Origin: Ruminococcus albus 7 = DSM 20455 | Lineage (GTDB): Bacteria > Bacillota > Clostridia > Oscillospirales > Ruminococcaceae | Reading direction: 5' to 3' | Assembly (NCBI RefSeq): GCF_000179635.2 | Contig: NC_014833.1 | Location: forward strand, 1,410,001 to 1,442,000 | Length of the DNA: 32,000 nucleotides | In this document: positions 23,734-32,000 of the stretch, piece after piece | How the letters are laid out: each line of letters starts with the position of its first letter | How positions within the stretch are numbered: position 1 is the stretch's first letter | Position numbers and translations under genes: made by a program | Notes under the pieces: generated by a model | Database searches by the model: none | What the model saw: only the letters and a program-made list of their open reading frames with translations | What the model was told of the DNA's origin: nothing

Positions 23734-26323
23734 AGTTGTCTGCCACCTCAAAATCTTCATATCCGTCTATCTCGTGATTTTCGTAAAGATATGATATTAT
23801 AGTATTGTATATCACGCGTTTGCAGCAATCGGCAGGAATACCGAAATATTCGTCCGCCTTTTTGGATAGTTCTTCTTTTATATGAACTCCGTCATTAAGA
23901 TAACCGCAAAGGATATCGGCAAGCTGTTCTGTCGTTTCTGCGCTTTCACCGAAATTCTTGCATTTCGCAGTGTTGGCGTAGATGATCGGCTTGCGCATTA
24001 TGCCGGGAGATATCTCGTCGGGATCATCAGTGATTATAAGCGAAGCGCGGCTGATAAGTTTATCTGCATCAAAATCATCAGTAAGCAAGGCTATATTGTC
24101 GTGCTTCGGCAGAGCGCACGCTTCGTCATTTGTAACACCTTCAAATGCTATGGTGAAGGTGTATCCGCTTTCTGTCAGCGCATTGAGCATACTTTCGTTT
24201 TCCAGCAGTTTTTTGAAGCTGCAGAAGAATTCGCTGTCAGCAAAAGGCTCCTGCTTCACGGGGATATACCTCGCAAGCATTAGCAGCATCTTTTCGTTTC
24301 CTGATCTGTCTTTCACAAGATCGTATGATGTAAGTCCTGTCATACGCAGTACCTCAGTGTTCTCGTAGCCGTATTCAGGCTTTCTGAGTTCTTCGGCATA
24401 CTCGCCGGTACCACAGAAATACAGCCGAACATTGTCGTAAAGACGGTGATTCTTCTGCAGCGTCGGCATATCACACGGACTGTTCTGTAAAAATATGGTA
24501 TTAGCATGGCAAAGGCTTGCAGCTGTATTGAGCTCATCTTCGTTTGTAGGAAAATTGGTCTTCATTACATCGGGTACGGTAGTTATGTAGGCCTGTGCAT
24601 TCATGAAAAGAAGCTTGTGCAGCAAAGTGCCTTTGTATAGCGGCTTGTAGCCGTCTGCGATAAGACGCTGTGCGGCAGGGCTCTCCTTGTCTGTAAGATA
24701 GTAGCAGTACAGCTCATCGTGCCTTGTCATAGCGTAACGGAACATATCTTCCGCCGCACCGCCGCCATTTTCTGTATCATCTGCAAATATCCATATATTC
24801 CTGTTCTTGAACCACGCTCTGCTGCAGCGATAAGCGGTCCTTAGTGTAAAGGGCATACCGCTGTATGCCGCACGTGCCATGGTCTGTCGGAAGTACCTTC
24901 GCTGCTCCTTCTCTGTCAGCGGAAGTGTTACCAGTCTGCCGCTTTCGGCACGGGCGAAATATCCGTTGCCCAGTGGGAAAATGCTGTCAGGAGCTCCGTT
25001 TTCAAGTTTGCTCCCGCGAGAACTGAACAGCGCTTTAAGTTCGTATTTGCAGCCTTTGAACAGTATAAAGAACCTGAGCTCATTTCTGCCATCTGCGATA
25101 GGTACGCTCAGATGGAACGTGCGCTTTCTTTCCAGCTTTTTTCCGAAAAACATTGTGGGCTTGCCTTTTCGGTCATAGGTAAGCTTGTATTCGCTGCCCG
25201 CGTATTCTGCCGTGACCTTTGTGCGGCGCTCACTGAAAATGTTGTCGAAGCTTCCGTCTATCTCAATATTATCCTTGTAAAGGTTAAGCTGTACTATCTC
25301 GATGAACATATTTGTGCTGTCTGAAAGGATTATGTCCTTCTGCACCGAAAACAGTTTTTCGCTGTTGTAGCTTATATCGGGGAAATAGTTTTCGTGACCG
25401 TGCTTCAGACCTAGCAGAAGACGCTTTTCCTCAAAGCGGCAGTTAGATATTTTGTCCAATATTCCGTACACATCACATATTACTTTGTCCTCTACGGGAT
25501 GCAGTACCTTTTGCAGAGTGTCCGTCAGATATTTTCTTTCTTCCTCGGGATATTCGTTTTTCACCAGACCTCTGTTTATGCACCTGATTACTTTCGAAGT
25601 TATGAAATGCTGCAAAAACAGTGGCAGTCTTCCGTCTTTACCCTTGCAGTTTTCGGTAAGGGGGATAAGACATTTTTCAAATACAGCTACCGGGTTTTCT
25701 GCAGGAGTAGGCTTGCGGTCTGCCAGCCATGCGGTCAGGCGGTCATCGTAGTAGAATCTTTTGCCTTCGCACAGGGCATTCAGCATACATTTCTGCTGTG
25801 TGAATTCTCCTGCTTCTGTTTCAAATATGTGCTGTGCAGCAAAAGATGTACGAAATAATGTACACTCAAACGATGACGGGAAGCAGCTGTGATCCTTGTC
25901 AAGCATGATAATACCTGCTTTTGCTGACATCGGGAAGAAAAGATCCTCACCTCTGCCCACAAGTCTGCCGCAGGCGATATCTATGCTGCTGTCATTATCC
26001 AGCTTTGTTATCAGCTTTGAAAAATAGTAAGGATCTACCTTTGCGCCTGCACGCATAACGGTGCAGTGATCTGCATTGGCATATTTGATGAATGTGTTCA
26101 GCAGTTCGGCTTCACTCTTGCCGCCGATGTTTATAAAGGCTGTCATTCCGAAATCCGAAGAACGCTCCAGGTACAGCTTTTTTCTGTCGTCCTCGGTGAA
26201 GTCACCTGCGATGATGAGGAAGATATCCTTAACGAGTCCGCCCGATTGTCCTGCGATGTTTTGTACAGTGTCTAGTGCGACTCTGTCGGAAGCCCCTGCT
26301 ATAAGCAATACAGAAAGCTTCAT
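23717..26323 (-). CDS. Large teichoic-acid-type biosynthesis protein: the C-terminal half is CDP-glycerol glycerophosphotransferase (TagF)-like, and the N-terminal region is GT-A-like
   Basis: The C-terminal half carries NIWIFADDTENGGGAAEDMFRY...YYL.D..S.....L...GY..L..G.L.H..L...A.....T, typical of the Glyphos_transf N-terminal lobe. The N-terminus LSVLLIAG....AL.T.....Q is only loosely GT2-like. Confidence 0.7.
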   Translation of the reverse strand: MKLSVLLIAGASDRVALDTVQNIAGQSGGLVKDIFLIIAGDFTEDDRKKLYLERSSDFGMTAFINIGGKSEAELLNTFIKYANADHCTVMRAGAKVDPYYFSKLITKLDNDSSIDIACGRLVGRGEDLFFPMSAKAGIIMLDKDHSCFPSSFECTLFRTSFAAQHIFETEAGEFTQQKCMLNALCEGKRFYYDDRLTAWLADRKPTPAENPVAVFEKCLIPLTENCKGKDGRLPLFLQHFITSKVIRCINRGLVKNEYPEEERKYLTDTLQKVLHPVEDKVICDVYGILDKISNCRFEEKRLLLGLKHGHENYFPDISYNSEKLFSVQKDIILSDSTNMFIEIVQLNLYKDNIEIDGSFDNIFSERRTKVTAEYAGSEYKLTYDRKGKPTMFFGKKLERKRTFHLSVPIADGRNELRFFILFKGCKYELKALFSSRGSKLENGAPDSIFPLGNGYFARAESGRLVTLPLTEKEQRRYFRQTMARAAYSGMPFTLRTAYRCSRAWFKNRNIWIFADDTENGGGAAEDMFRYAMTRHDELYCYYLTDKESPAAQRLIADGYKPLYKGTLLHKLLFMNAQAYITTVPDVMKTNFPTNEDELNTAASLCHANTIFLQNSPCDMPTLQKNHRLYDNVRLYFCGTGEYAEELRKPEYGYENTEVLRMTGLTSYDLVKDRSGNEKMLLMLARYIPVKQEPFADSEFFCSFKKLLENESMLNALTESGYTFTIAFEGVTNDEACALPKHDNIALLTDDFDADKLISRASLIITDDPDEISPGIMRKPIIYANTAKCKNFGESAETTEQLADILCGYLNDGVHIKEELSKKADEYFGIPADCCKRVIYNTIISYLYENHEIDGYEDFEVADNYDEEK

Positions 26324-27432
26324 ATCTCTTCCTCCTTTCTGCCGAATATCTCAGCTATTATCCTGTCGGTGGAATGTCCGTCACAGCTGCCCATGTGATA
26401 TCTTACACATTTTTCCAGTTCTGCGGCAGAACGGTGATAAAGTTCATTTTCTATGGCATCAGAAAGCTCAGCTGCATTCTGTGCAACTGTGGTTGGAAAA
26501 CTGTGATAATCAACATAGAATCCGCGCTCCGTATCGAAGTCGTCAAGATCGGGCGCGAAGAATACGAAAGGCTTGCGGTAAAGCAGCCAGTCGAATACCA
26601 CGCTGGAATAATCTGTTACAAGTATATCTGCCACAGCAAAAAGCCGTTCTGCAGGGAAACCGTCATCTGGCTGCATATGCGGATGCAGCTTTTTAATAAG
26701 GTACCAGCCGTTATCGGCGCATACTTTTTCAATATCCTCACCGCCTACCACGTATGGCTCGGCTGCGTTTCCGCGGAATGTGGGAGCCCAGAGCACTATC
26801 TTTCTGCCGACAGCCTCGGGGTGGGCTTCAAAGAATTTTTTCCTGCAGAGGTCATTGTACTTGCGGCTGTAATATATGTCAGTACGGCTTATACCCAGTG
26901 AGCGCACATTATCGTATCTCTGGCGGAAAGAGCGAGCTATCACGGGGGCAACACAGGGTGCGCTTACCGTCCACAGGTCATAACCGCCAAAGACCTCACC
27001 TTTATAAAAGGATGGTACACAGTCTTCGGAATCATAGCCTGCTTTTTTCAGCAGTCCCCCAGAATGCCAAAGCTGTGTGACAAAGGTACCGCTGCGCTTG
27101 CGGCAGCTTGATACGGGCAGGAAGGTGTCACATATAAACACATATTCAGCCCTGCCGTAAGCTATCATAAAATCAAGTATAAATCTTACCAGCTCATGCT
27201 TTGAGCATTTCTTGAGATCAAGGTAAAACTCCTTTACGTGTACTCCCTTCATTTTTGCGACTTTGTGCCGCATCACACGCATACTGAACGGACAATTGCT
27301 GTGGTGGGCATCTGCAAACAGTACAAGACCTTTTTCTATCTTGCCGCGTGAGAAAATAAAATATATACATGGCAGAAGCATATTCTGCAAAAGCATCTTA
27401 GCGATCTGCCTGAGTTTCAGTTTAAGGCTCAT
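26320..27432 (-). CDS. CDP-glycerol glycerophosphotransferase family protein (TagB/TagF-like)
   Basis: WHSGGLLKK.GYD, VLWAPTFRG, LHPHM, ILVTDYSSVVFDW.LY.KP.VFFAPD.D.F....GFY.DY, matching PF04464-type enzymes. The ATGA overlap couples it to the downstream gene. Confidence 0.85.
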   Translation of the reverse strand: MSLKLKLRQIAKMLLQNMLLPCIYFIFSRGKIEKGLVLFADAHHSNCPFSMRVMRHKVAKMKGVHVKEFYLDLKKCSKHELVRFILDFMIAYGRAEYVFICDTFLPVSSCRKRSGTFVTQLWHSGGLLKKAGYDSEDCVPSFYKGEVFGGYDLWTVSAPCVAPVIARSFRQRYDNVRSLGISRTDIYYSRKYNDLCRKKFFEAHPEAVGRKIVLWAPTFRGNAAEPYVVGGEDIEKVCADNGWYLIKKLHPHMQPDDGFPAERLFAVADILVTDYSSVVFDWLLYRKPFVFFAPDLDDFDTERGFYVDYHSFPTTVAQNAAELSDAIENELYHRSAAELEKCVRYHMGSCDGHSTDRIIAEIFGRKEEEI

Positions 27433-27642
27433 GGTGAACTCCTCGTAAGTGATGTTATGTAAAGCCCGCAGTACTAATGGCTGTAACGGGCATATTCTTC
27501 CTTATACAGTATAACACAAATATATCGGGGTGTCAATCTTGCCCCTTTGAGTATGGACAGGGTAGTTACGGTGAAGAGTATCAAGTTAGCAAAAATCAGT
27601 TAAAGAATCACAAAAAATGAACATTAATGCAGGCGCGTATTG

Positions 27643-27671
27643 TTGACTTGTAACTATAAATATGATATAAT
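27643..27671 (+). promoter_or_regulatory. SigA-type promoter
   Basis: TTGACT (27643-27648), 17-nt spacer, TATAAT (27666-27671), with an extended -10 TGa. Confidence 0.6.
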
Positions 27672-27761
27672 AAATACGTTATTTACACGGCAGAGATCTC
27701 TGCCGGACGACTTTATATCATGCGCCTCTGCGGCGCCACAATAATAGAGGAGGATTCATTA

Positions 27762-28382
27762 ATGAAGATCTATTCGGTCAACGATCCCGAATTCAGAGAG
27801 TTCGGAAAGGTACTGGAGGGCTATGATACCAAGGAGCTTATCGCGGCTATGAATGCTGTTGAAATGCCTGCAGATGGCGTTGCATACGAGCCCTGGATAG
27901 ATTCTCTGGAAAAATGCGGCATATTCAAGTCCCTGGAGAATAATGCTTTCGGTGGTATGCCCATAGAACTCGGTATGTGCTGGGGTCATAACAAGTTACT
28001 GAACTGCCTTGAGTACCACAGGAACAGCGAGATAAACATCGGTGCGACAGATTTCGTTCTTCTGCTTGCCAAGCAGGAAAAGATAATCGACGGCGTGCTG
28101 GATACCGCTGATGTAAAGGCATTCCGTGCACCTGCAGGTGCTGTTGTTGAGGTTTATGCTACATCTCTGCACTATGCTCCCTGTCAGACTGAGGACGGTG
28201 GTTTCAGAGTAGCTATAGTACTCCCAAGAAACACCAATACAGATCTTGCCAAGGGCGATATAATTGATTCAGAGGACAAGACCCTCTGGGCAAGAAACAA
28301 GTGGCTGCTGGCTCATGCTGATTCTGCTGAGGCAAAGCAGGGCGCTTACATCGGTCTGAAGGGCGAGAATATATCTATCTGA
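27762..28382 (+). CDS. DUF4867-like protein (cupin / ureidoglycolate-lyase-like fold)
   Basis: ATG at 27762 follows AGAGGAGGA. MKIYSVNDPEF.EFGKV..GYD and LHYAPC resemble the DUF4867 family as I recall it. The function is unknown. Confidence 0.55.
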   Translation: MKIYSVNDPEFREFGKVLEGYDTKELIAAMNAVEMPADGVAYEPWIDSLEKCGIFKSLENNAFGGMPIELGMCWGHNKLLNCLEYHRNSEINIGATDFVLLLAKQEKIIDGVLDTADVKAFRAPAGAVVEVYATSLHYAPCQTEDGGFRVAIVLPRNTNTDLAKGDIIDSEDKTLWARNKWLLAHADSAEAKQGAYIGLKGENISI

Positions 28383-28402
28383 CCACTGTAACAGTGTAAT
28401 AC

Positions 28403-28437
28403 AAAAAAAGAAGCATCGCGGAGATGCTTCTTTTTTT
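28403..28437. terminator. Bidirectional intrinsic terminator between convergent genes
   Basis: AAAAAAA, GAAGCATC, loop GCGGA, GATGCTTC, TTTTTTT. The stem is perfect and U-tracts are present in both orientations. Confidence 0.85.
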
Positions 28438-28468
28438 GTATTATGGTTATCCATATTTTGTATTTAAG

Positions 28469-31400
28469 TCAGGCGAAAAGCTTTTTGCCTTTTATCCTTG
28501 CTGCAAGTTTGGAGATATCTGTAATATTGAATTTACCGTCGCAGTTCACATCAGCGACGACCTGTTCGTATTCGCCGATACTTCTTTTGCTTTTTATGTG
28601 GGCAGCGGCTTTTGATATATCGGTAACATTCAAAGTACCGTCACCGTTTATATCCCCGAGCCTGTTTAAGTACACATCTATATCGGAAGGGACATTGTTT
28701 CCGTCGAATTCCATAACTCTGGTCACATAGCCGTCAGCTTCCATCTCGATCCTGTACTCAGTGTTGTTGGTGATTTGTGAAAACGGATCCGGGCTCCACG
28801 AGTAAAACAAATCCATATTCATTGGTGACGGGAACTGATCGCGGCAATAGATCACTTGACCATCGGAATAAACAGTTACCTTGATGAGTGAAACACCGTT
28901 GACAAGCAGCAGCATGGGATTGCTGTAATTTTCGCATTCTTCGGATCTTACAGCATACCTGATCTGTCTGTTGTTGTATTTCTCGGTAAACCTGGTATTA
29001 TATGGAAGTGCTTCCCACTCGTATGTTTTTTCATTATATATCTCCCAGCCCTTTGAAACTATCTTTCCGTTATAGATATGATCAGGTACCTTTATATCTT
29101 TCAGCAGCGTGCCCTTATCTATACGCTGTGAACTGGGTATAGAGTTGACAAACGGCAGATTTTCGGTATATGTCACTGAATTGTAGCCCCTGTCAGTGAT
29201 AGTGATAGTATAGTCAGAAAGATCGGTTATGTCGTAGCTGAATGTCAGGCAGCCGTTCTCATCGGGAACCGCAGGTAAAGCATCGAAGAAATCATAGTCA
29301 TATTTATCGGGCTGTATATAAAGTACATCATCAAAGAATGAGAACAGATCTGTGCTGCTGATCCTGTTTTTGGGTACAGAACCTACACCCGTTCCGGCAG
29401 GGATGATACTGCTGTTGGGATCCAGGTTGTTTATCGCAGTCTGAACGGTATCAAAAGGTATACCCTTATTATCTCCGCTGCTGCTGCCGATTATGTATAT
29501 TCCCTCGGGATGTTTGTCCTGTGCTTTTATAGTGAGTATCTTTCTGCCGCCTTTTTCAGCGATCTTTATGTCGCTTACAGAGGGAGGCACAGTATCGACT
29601 GTTATGCCTAAAGACTTTTTCTGTGCAGTGATATCACGGTCACTGTGCATCGGTTCCATTTCGAGATCGAGGGTATAATCACCGTCTTCGGCAAAGTATA
29701 CAGGGTCGAGATATATCTGGGATGCCTCTTGTGTGTAGATCGGGTTTTCGTATGACAGAAGGGGTATTATGCTTCCGTTCTGACCGGTCATATATGCTTT
29801 TTTGAGTATGCCTGTGCGTTTGCCGAAATAATTATAGCACATTATGTCAGCTATATCGTCCTGATTGGGTGAAATGAAATATCTGTGACGGGTAGCTTCA
29901 TCCATCTTTTGGGATGCTGTTTCAAAGTCTTCGATCATAAATGCGTTAAGGTATTCGGATATGGATACCGAAGCCGGAAGGTAATTGCCGAGAAGCGGAG
30001 TTTTCATAACGTTTTCCATAAATTCCGTATTGCCTTCAATGAAATCATCACCGATGATCGGTGCAGCGTTCCAGTCACCGTGGAAGCCTGTTATCGGTAC
30101 AGATATGTCTGAACAGTACTCAGCCCCGGAAAGTGTAAGGTAACCCTCAGCGAACCAGCCGTTTTTGAATATCCCGTCAAGTGTGTTAACATTGTCGGGG
30201 TCAAGGGTCACATTAACGGTGAAGGTCATCTCACTGCCGGCCTTTACGGATATATCATCCGTTGAAAATACTGCAGAATGTTCAAGGACTGCCGGCTTAT
30301 CCGTGAGGATCGGTGAATATGTGAATTCATCATCTTCCACTGATTCGGATATCATTATAAGATCCGCACTCTTAAAGTGTACATCCTTGTCACCGTAATT
30401 ATGCAGGGTAACATCGAAACTGAATTCATCACCCAGCATTGAACCGAGGCATACGGATGCATCTCCGTTGTTTGTCATGGTAACACAGCAGTTGCCCAGG
30501 GCATTCATATCCACCATTCCTGCGCCCTGTCTTCTGGGAGAGTATGGGATGTCGTCAAGCATTACCTTTTCGGCGGTATTCATAAGCAGAGCCTTGACAA
30601 GTGCTGTCTTTTCACTGCCCGAGACCTTCCATCCCTTGTTTTCGATATACTCCGCAGCCAGTGCCGAACAGCCTGCCGCAAAAGGTGTAGCCATAGAAGT
30701 TCCGTCCATGCTTTCGTAACCATCATACGAAGCAGAAAGCACTCCCTGACCGGGGGCTGCTATCTCGGGCTTCAGTTCAAGTGTCTGTACACTGCCTATA
30801 GATGAGAAATCAGCTATACCCTTTATTTCATGCTCGGTATATTCATCAAGATCTACGATGATATGGTGATCGGTCTGGGCAAGCACTCTTTTGCTGCCGC
30901 TGAGATCTGTTCCTATGGCGATAAAATCAGGGTCATCAAAAAGCTGATTCTCTGAATGAAAATCATTATCGCATGAGCACAGCAATACACCTGCAGCACC
31001 TGCTTTTTTAGCGTTTAGTTCAGTTTCGTACAGATCATTCCTGAAAGAAACATTTTCTACCAGCACAAGCTTTCCCTTAACGTCATGGGCTTCTATCTCT
31101 TCTTTGCTGCCTGAACCGCAGTTTACAAATTCGTATTTAACTTTACCGTGTTTTTCTTCTGTTGTAGATGCTAAACAATATACTTTCGTGTCGTCAGCAA
31201 GTTCCATTCTGTTATACAGATCAAAGGATACACCGGTGGCTGCAACAGTGAAAACATCATCAAGAAAACCGGGAGTATCTATTATACTGCGGTCAACATC
31301 TGCGGGGTCAGATTCGGGAGTGCCGGAATTTCCTACTGCTGCACATACTACTACCCCTGCATTATCAGCGTTTTTCAGAACTGTTCCGTAAAGTTCTTCC

Positions 31401-32000
31401 TGATCGGTGCTCAGACAGTGCTGCCCGAAACTCAGGTTGACAACGTCTGCGCCCAGCTTTACAGCATCTTCAATACCTGCCACAGCTACAGAGTCATCTA
31501 TAGAAGGTCCGAAATAGGGACTGTAATCAAATCCTGCCATGAATATAAGCTGTGCATCGGGCGCTGCACCGCTCATCATATCACCGTCATCGTACGGATC
31601 CACTCTGTTGCCCGCAGCTATGCCGCATACGTGCGTACCGTGGAACATCTCCTCGACATCACTGCCGACAGCATAGCGATCGTCTTTATTGATAAGTGAT
31701 ACCGCGTATGGGATCTTGCTGCTGCGATAGGCTGAGTCGGGGTCGATATCGAAATTCAATCCTCGGTTCTCCACAGCATTTTTGATATCATCCTTTGTGA
31801 GCTTTACGAAAGAATCATCCTCGAAGGCTGAGAACATCTCATGGTCGAGGTTAAGCTCGGTATCAATAACAGCGATGACCTTGCCCTTGCCTGTGATATC
31901 CGTATCGGCGCAGAATTTATTTATGCCCGTGAGTTCACGGTAGGTCTGCATACTGGGTATCTGGTTTGTTTTTGATATCATTATGTCCTTTATACCGCTG
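28469..32000 (-). CDS. Subtilisin-like S8 serine protease with a PA-domain insert and a C-terminal type-I dockerin (5' end lies outside the window)
   Basis: The catalytic Asp is in VIAVIDTELN, His in HGTHVCGIAAGN and Ser in GTSMATPFAAG. A PA-like insert (KGKLVLVE....AKKAGAAGVLL) resembles lactocepin / C5a-peptidase-type proteases. The C-terminus carries two dockerin repeats, DINGDGTLNVTDISK and DVNCDGKFNITDISK. The frame remains open upstream of the listed ATG at 31981 through base 32000. Confidence 0.9.
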   Translation of the reverse strand, partial: SGIKDIMISKTNQIPSMQTYRELTGINKFCADTDITGKGKVIAVIDTELNLDHEMFSAFEDDSFVKLTKDDIKNAVENRGLNFDIDPDSAYRSSKIPYAVSLINKDDRYAVGSDVEEMFHGTHVCGIAAGNRVDPYDDGDMMSGAAPDAQLIFMAGFDYSPYFGPSIDDSVAVAGIEDAVKLGADVVNLSFGQHCLSTDQEELYGTVLKNADNAGVVVCAAVGNSGTPESDPADVDRSIIDTPGFLDDVFTVAATGVSFDLYNRMELADDTKVYCLASTTEEKHGKVKYEFVNCGSGSKEEIEAHDVKGKLVLVENVSFRNDLYETELNAKKAGAAGVLLCSCDNDFHSENQLFDDPDFIAIGTDLSGSKRVLAQTDHHIIVDLDEYTEHEIKGIADFSSIGSVQTLELKPEIAAPGQGVLSASYDGYESMDGTSMATPFAAGCSALAAEYIENKGWKVSGSEKTALVKALLMNTAEKVMLDDIPYSPRRQGAGMVDMNALGNCCVTMTNNGDASVCLGSMLGDEFSFDVTLHNYGDKDVHFKSADLIMISESVEDDEFTYSPILTDKPAVLEHSAVFSTDDISVKAGSEMTFTVNVTLDPDNVNTLDGIFKNGWFAEGYLTLSGAEYCSDISVPITGFHGDWNAAPIIGDDFIEGNTEFMENVMKTPLLGNYLPASVSISEYLNAFMIEDFETASQKMDEATRHRYFISPNQDDIADIMCYNYFGKRTGILKKAYMTGQNGSIIPLLSYENPIYTQEASQIYLDPVYFAEDGDYTLDLEMEPMHSDRDITAQKKSLGITVDTVPPSVSDIKIAEKGGRKILTIKAQDKHPEGIYIIGSSSGDNKGIPFDTVQTAINNLDPNSSIIPAGTGVGSVPKNRISSTDLFSFFDDVLYIQPDKYDYDFFDALPAVPDENGCLTFSYDITDLSDYTITITDRGYNSVTYTENLPFVNSIPSSQRIDKGTLLKDIKVPDHIYNGKIVSKGWEIYNEKTYEWEALPYNTRFTEKYNNRQIRYAVRSEECENYSNPMLLLVNGVSLIKVTVYSDGQVIYCRDQFPSPMNMDLFYSWSPDPFSQITNNTEYRIEMEADGYVTRVMEFDGNNVPSDIDVYLNRLGDINGDGTLNVTDISKAAAHIKSKRSIGEYEQVVADVNCDGKFNITDISKLAARIKGKKLFA

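Noticed and set aside
26076-26901. 206-aa and 175-aa plus-strand ORFs
   Set aside because: They are antisense to the two TagF/TagB-like genes, which carry clear family motifs on the minus strand.
1-32000. CRISPR arrays, tRNA/rRNA genes and IS transposases
   Set aside because: I saw no regularly spaced direct repeats, no cloverleaf-like or rRNA-like segments and no transposase-like ORFs. The only mobile-element signal is the serine recombinase at the left edge.

Overview
The window looks like a chromosomal segment from a Gram-positive, cellulosome-type Clostridia organism. I infer a Ruminococcus-like Oscillospiraceae host from a dockerin-bearing S8 protease, a sortase cassette, teichoic-acid genes and Bacillus-type SpeA; no database search was possible.

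Layout:
- 1-1021: 3' end of a large serine recombinase gene, which probably marks the edge of an integrated mobile element.
- 1158-8320: a long plus-strand polyamine operon (speD, speA, GNAT, speE, speB) interleaved with five uncharacterised small membrane-protein genes.
- 8320-11760: an accessory-looking stretch. It holds two genes that appear broken by in-frame stop codons, and a ~140-nt non-coding leader present in two diverged copies upstream of unrelated membrane-protein genes. This leader is the best candidate for something undescribed, because its conserved 5' CTCCGTA can pair with the conserved Shine-Dalgarno TACGGAGG.
- 11823-14773: carboxy(nor)spermidine dehydrogenase-like gene, a small membrane protein, a SUKH/SMI1-KNR4 protein and endonuclease III.
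- 15318-27432, minus strand: a multi-TM degenerate-GGDEF/EAL phosphodiesterase; a three-gene sortase cassette (surface protein with a non-canonical PVAATG sorting signal, sortase, polytopic membrane protein); a SASA-family esterase; galE; a DUF4358-like lipoprotein; and two TagF/TagB-type glycerophosphotransferases.
- 27762-28382: a DUF4867-like gene.
- 28469-32000, minus strand: a >1170-aa S8 protease with a C-terminal dockerin, running off the window.

No rRNA, tRNA, CRISPR array or transposase was recognised. All family calls rest on my recall of conserved motifs, not on searches.
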